Notes under the pieces: model-generated
Database searches by the model: none
The model's input: the letters and a program-made list of their open reading frames with translations, nothing else
Told to the model about the DNA's origin: nothing
Part shown: in pieces, positions 61,872-64,000 of the stretch
How positions within the stretch are numbered: the first letter of the stretch is position 1
Layout of the letters: every line of letters begins with the position of its first letter
Made by a program: the position numbers and the translations under genes
Assembly (NCBI GenBank): GCA_030537135.1
Contig: JAUNOP010000002.1
Coordinates: forward strand, 10,507-74,506
Direction: 5' to 3'
DNA length: 64,000 bases
Source of the DNA: Eubacteriales bacterium
GTDB taxonomy: Bacteria; Bacillota; Clostridia; Lachnospirales; Lachnospiraceae

Positions 61872-64000
61872 ATGAATACTTCATTATCTTGGATTAAGAT
61901 GTATGTGCCGGATCTGGACGTCACGGCACAGGAATATACAGATGCTATGACTTTGTCCGGCACAAAAGTAGAAGGCTATGAAGTGCTGGATGCAGATTTG
62001 GATAAAATTATTATCGGACAGATCGAGAAAATCGACAGACATCCAGATGCAGACAAGCTGATTGTCTGCCAGGTGAATCTGGGAGAAGAAAAGGTACAGA
62101 TTGTTACAGGCGCGCCGAATGTAAAGGTTGGAGATAAGGTGCCGGTTGTTCTTGACGGAGGCCGTGTGGCAGGAGGTCACGACGGAAAAATGGTTTCAGG
62201 CGGAATTAAAATCAAGAAGGGCAAGCTCCGCGGCGTGGAATCCTGCGGAATGATGTGCTCGATTGAAGAGCTTGGAAGCACCAGAGAAATGTATCCAGAA
62301 GCGCCGGAATTTGGTATTTATATTTTCCCGGAGGATGCGGTTGTTGGAAGCAGTGCTGTTCATGCACTGGGACTTGATGATGTTGTGTTTGAATATGAGA
62401 TTACCTCCAACCGTGTGGACTGCTATGGAGTGATTGGCATTGCAAGAGAGGCGGCAGCCACCTTTGGAAAGAAATTCTGCCCTCCTGAGGTGAAAGTACA
62501 TGGAAATGATGAGAAAACCTCAGACTATATCAAGGTGACAGTAGAAGACCCTGAGCTTTGCCCCCGCTATTGTGCAAGAGTGGTAAAAAATGTAAAAATC
62601 GGTCCGTCTCCGAAATGGATGCAGAGATGTCTGGCAGCAAATGGAATCCGCCCTATCAACAACCTGGTAGATATTACAAACTATGTGATGGAGGAATATG
62701 GTCAGCCTATGCATGCCTATGACCTGGATACCATTGCAGGAAGAGAAATCATTGTGCGCCGTGCAAAAAAGGATGAGAAGTTTGTTACTCTGGACGGAAA
62801 TGAGCGTACAATGGACGACTCTGTTCTGATGATCTGCGACGGAGAGAAGGCAGTCGGCATTGCCGGAATCATGGGCGGCGAGAATTCCATGATTACAGAT
62901 CAGGTAAAAACAGTGTTATTTGAGGCAGCCACCTTCCATGGCCCCAACATTCGCCTTTCCTCCAAGAAGATCGGCCTCCGCACAGACGCTTCCGGCAAGT
63001 TTGAGAAGGGTCTTGATCCTAACAATGCACAGGAGGCTATCAACCGCGCCTGCCAGCTGATGGAAGAGCTGGAAGCAGGAGAGGTTGTGGGAGGTATTGT
63101 AGATGTATGCAGTGAAACAAGAGAGCCCTCAAGAGTTGCCTTTGACCAGGATAAAATCAACAACCTTCTTGGAACCAGCCTTTCCAAAGAGGAGATGCTT
63201 GGCTATCTGGCAGCAGTGGAACTGACCTATGATGAAAAAACCAATGAAATCGTGGCTCCTACCTTCCGTCAGGATATTCACTGTCTGGCCGATATTGCAG
63301 AGGAAGTGGCTCGTTTTTATGGATATGACAAGATTCCAACCACTCTTCCTACCGGAGAGGCAACGACCGGACGTCTTCCATTCAAGCTTCGCATTGAGAG
63401 CGTGGCAAGGGATATTGCAGAATATTGCGGATTCTCTGAGGGAATGACCTATTCCTTTGAAAGTCCAAAGGTATTTGATAAGCTTCGTATGGCCCCGGAT
63501 GATGTACATCGTCAGGCCATTACCATCAGTAATCCTCTGGGAGAGGATTTCAGCATTATGCGCACCACTACGCTGAACGGAATGCTCACATCACTTTCTA
63601 CAAACTACAACAGAAGAAACAAGCATGTGCGCCTCTATGAGCTTGGAAATGTCTATCAGCCAAAGTCTCTGCCTCTTACAGAGCTTCCAGACGAGCGCAT
63701 GGAGTTTACTCTCGGCATGTGCGGAGCCGGTGATTTCTTCGATATGAAGGGCGTGTGCGAGGAGTTCCTGGAAAAGGTAGGAATGAAGGAGCGCATTGAG
63801 TATGATCCGAATGCAGGAAAGACCTTCCTTCATCCGGGACGTCAGGCAAAGATTCTTTACAGGGGAACTGTGCTTGGCTATCTGGGAGAGGTACATCCTC
63901 TGGTTGCAGATGCGTATGATATCGGAGACAAAGCGTATGTGGCAGTGATTGATATTCCAACGGTTCTGGAATTTGCAGGCTTTGACCATAAGTACACAGG
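61872..64000 (+). CDS. pheT: phenylalanine-tRNA ligase beta subunit (3' end outside window)
   Basis: Not in the ORF track because there is no stop in the window. The ATG at 61872 gives MNTSLSWIKMYVPDLDVTAQEYTDAMTLSGTKVEGYE...HPDADKLIVCQVNLGEE (tRNA-binding domain). The frame stays open to base 64000. Confidence 0.95.
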   Translation, partial: MNTSLSWIKMYVPDLDVTAQEYTDAMTLSGTKVEGYEVLDADLDKIIIGQIEKIDRHPDADKLIVCQVNLGEEKVQIVTGAPNVKVGDKVPVVLDGGRVAGGHDGKMVSGGIKIKKGKLRGVESCGMMCSIEELGSTREMYPEAPEFGIYIFPEDAVVGSSAVHALGLDDVVFEYEITSNRVDCYGVIGIAREAAATFGKKFCPPEVKVHGNDEKTSDYIKVTVEDPELCPRYCARVVKNVKIGPSPKWMQRCLAANGIRPINNLVDITNYVMEEYGQPMHAYDLDTIAGREIIVRRAKKDEKFVTLDGNERTMDDSVLMICDGEKAVGIAGIMGGENSMITDQVKTVLFEAATFHGPNIRLSSKKIGLRTDASGKFEKGLDPNNAQEAINRACQLMEELEAGEVVGGIVDVCSETREPSRVAFDQDKINNLLGTSLSKEEMLGYLAAVELTYDEKTNEIVAPTFRQDIHCLADIAEEVARFYGYDKIPTTLPTGEATTGRLPFKLRIESVARDIAEYCGFSEGMTYSFESPKVFDKLRMAPDDVHRQAITISNPLGEDFSIMRTTTLNGMLTSLSTNYNRRNKHVRLYELGNVYQPKSLPLTELPDERMEFTLGMCGAGDFFDMKGVCEEFLEKVGMKERIEYDPNAGKTFLHPGRQAKILYRGTVLGYLGEVHPLVADAYDIGDKAYVAVIDIPTVLEFAGFDHKYT

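Overview
This window is a chromosomal segment from a spore-forming Firmicute. Gene content looks like Clostridia or Lachnospiraceae, but the taxon cannot be proven from the sequence alone. All homology calls come from reading the supplied translations for motifs; no searches were run.

Bases 1-12.5 kb carry the classical sporulation and housekeeping block: spoIIIAH-like 3' end, prfC, asp23-like, nusB, xseA, xseB, ispA, dxs, tlyA, nadK, argR, recN, spoIVB. In Bacillus and Clostridium spo0A directly follows spoIVB. Here spo0A starts only at 33823, so about 21 kb of accessory-looking DNA sits in between.

That interval contains:
- gene debris with an IS3-like helix-turn-helix remnant and two perfect Spo0A boxes (12.6-14.2 kb);
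- a tightly coupled 10-gene envelope operon (14.4-25.1 kb). It joins a processive family-2 glycosyltransferase module (multi-pass membrane protein, beta-helix/LRR protein, degenerate DHHW-like protein, UDP-GlcNAc 2-epimerase) to a VTC-domain / DUF4956 / CotH-kinase triad;
- a Cache-GGDEF-GGDEF*-EAL sensor, a secreted DUF1311 protein and a small alarmone synthetase;
- a TM1266-hydG-hydF hydrogenase maturation unit.

The operon, and especially the VTC/DUF4956/CotH triad fused to a polysaccharide synthase, is my best candidate for an undescribed system.

Bases 33.8-64 kb are mostly core genes: spo0A, glgA, two Coat-F-like genes, recA (with a LexA box), recX, rny, a metal-exporter-like permease, spoIIM, xerD, DAHP synthase, a SpoVB-like flippase, nifS-nifU-mnmA, a P-type ATPase, leuA, a SleB-like hydrolase, thrC, galM, a SpoIID-like gene, yihY, a Phe T-box, pheS and pheT (partial).

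This half is peppered with a family of short structured intergenic repeats. It also holds an orphan promoter-to-terminator unit of about 300 nt (56.4-56.7 kb) that looks like an unclassified RNA. No tRNA, rRNA, CRISPR array, prophage or recognisable defence genes were seen.
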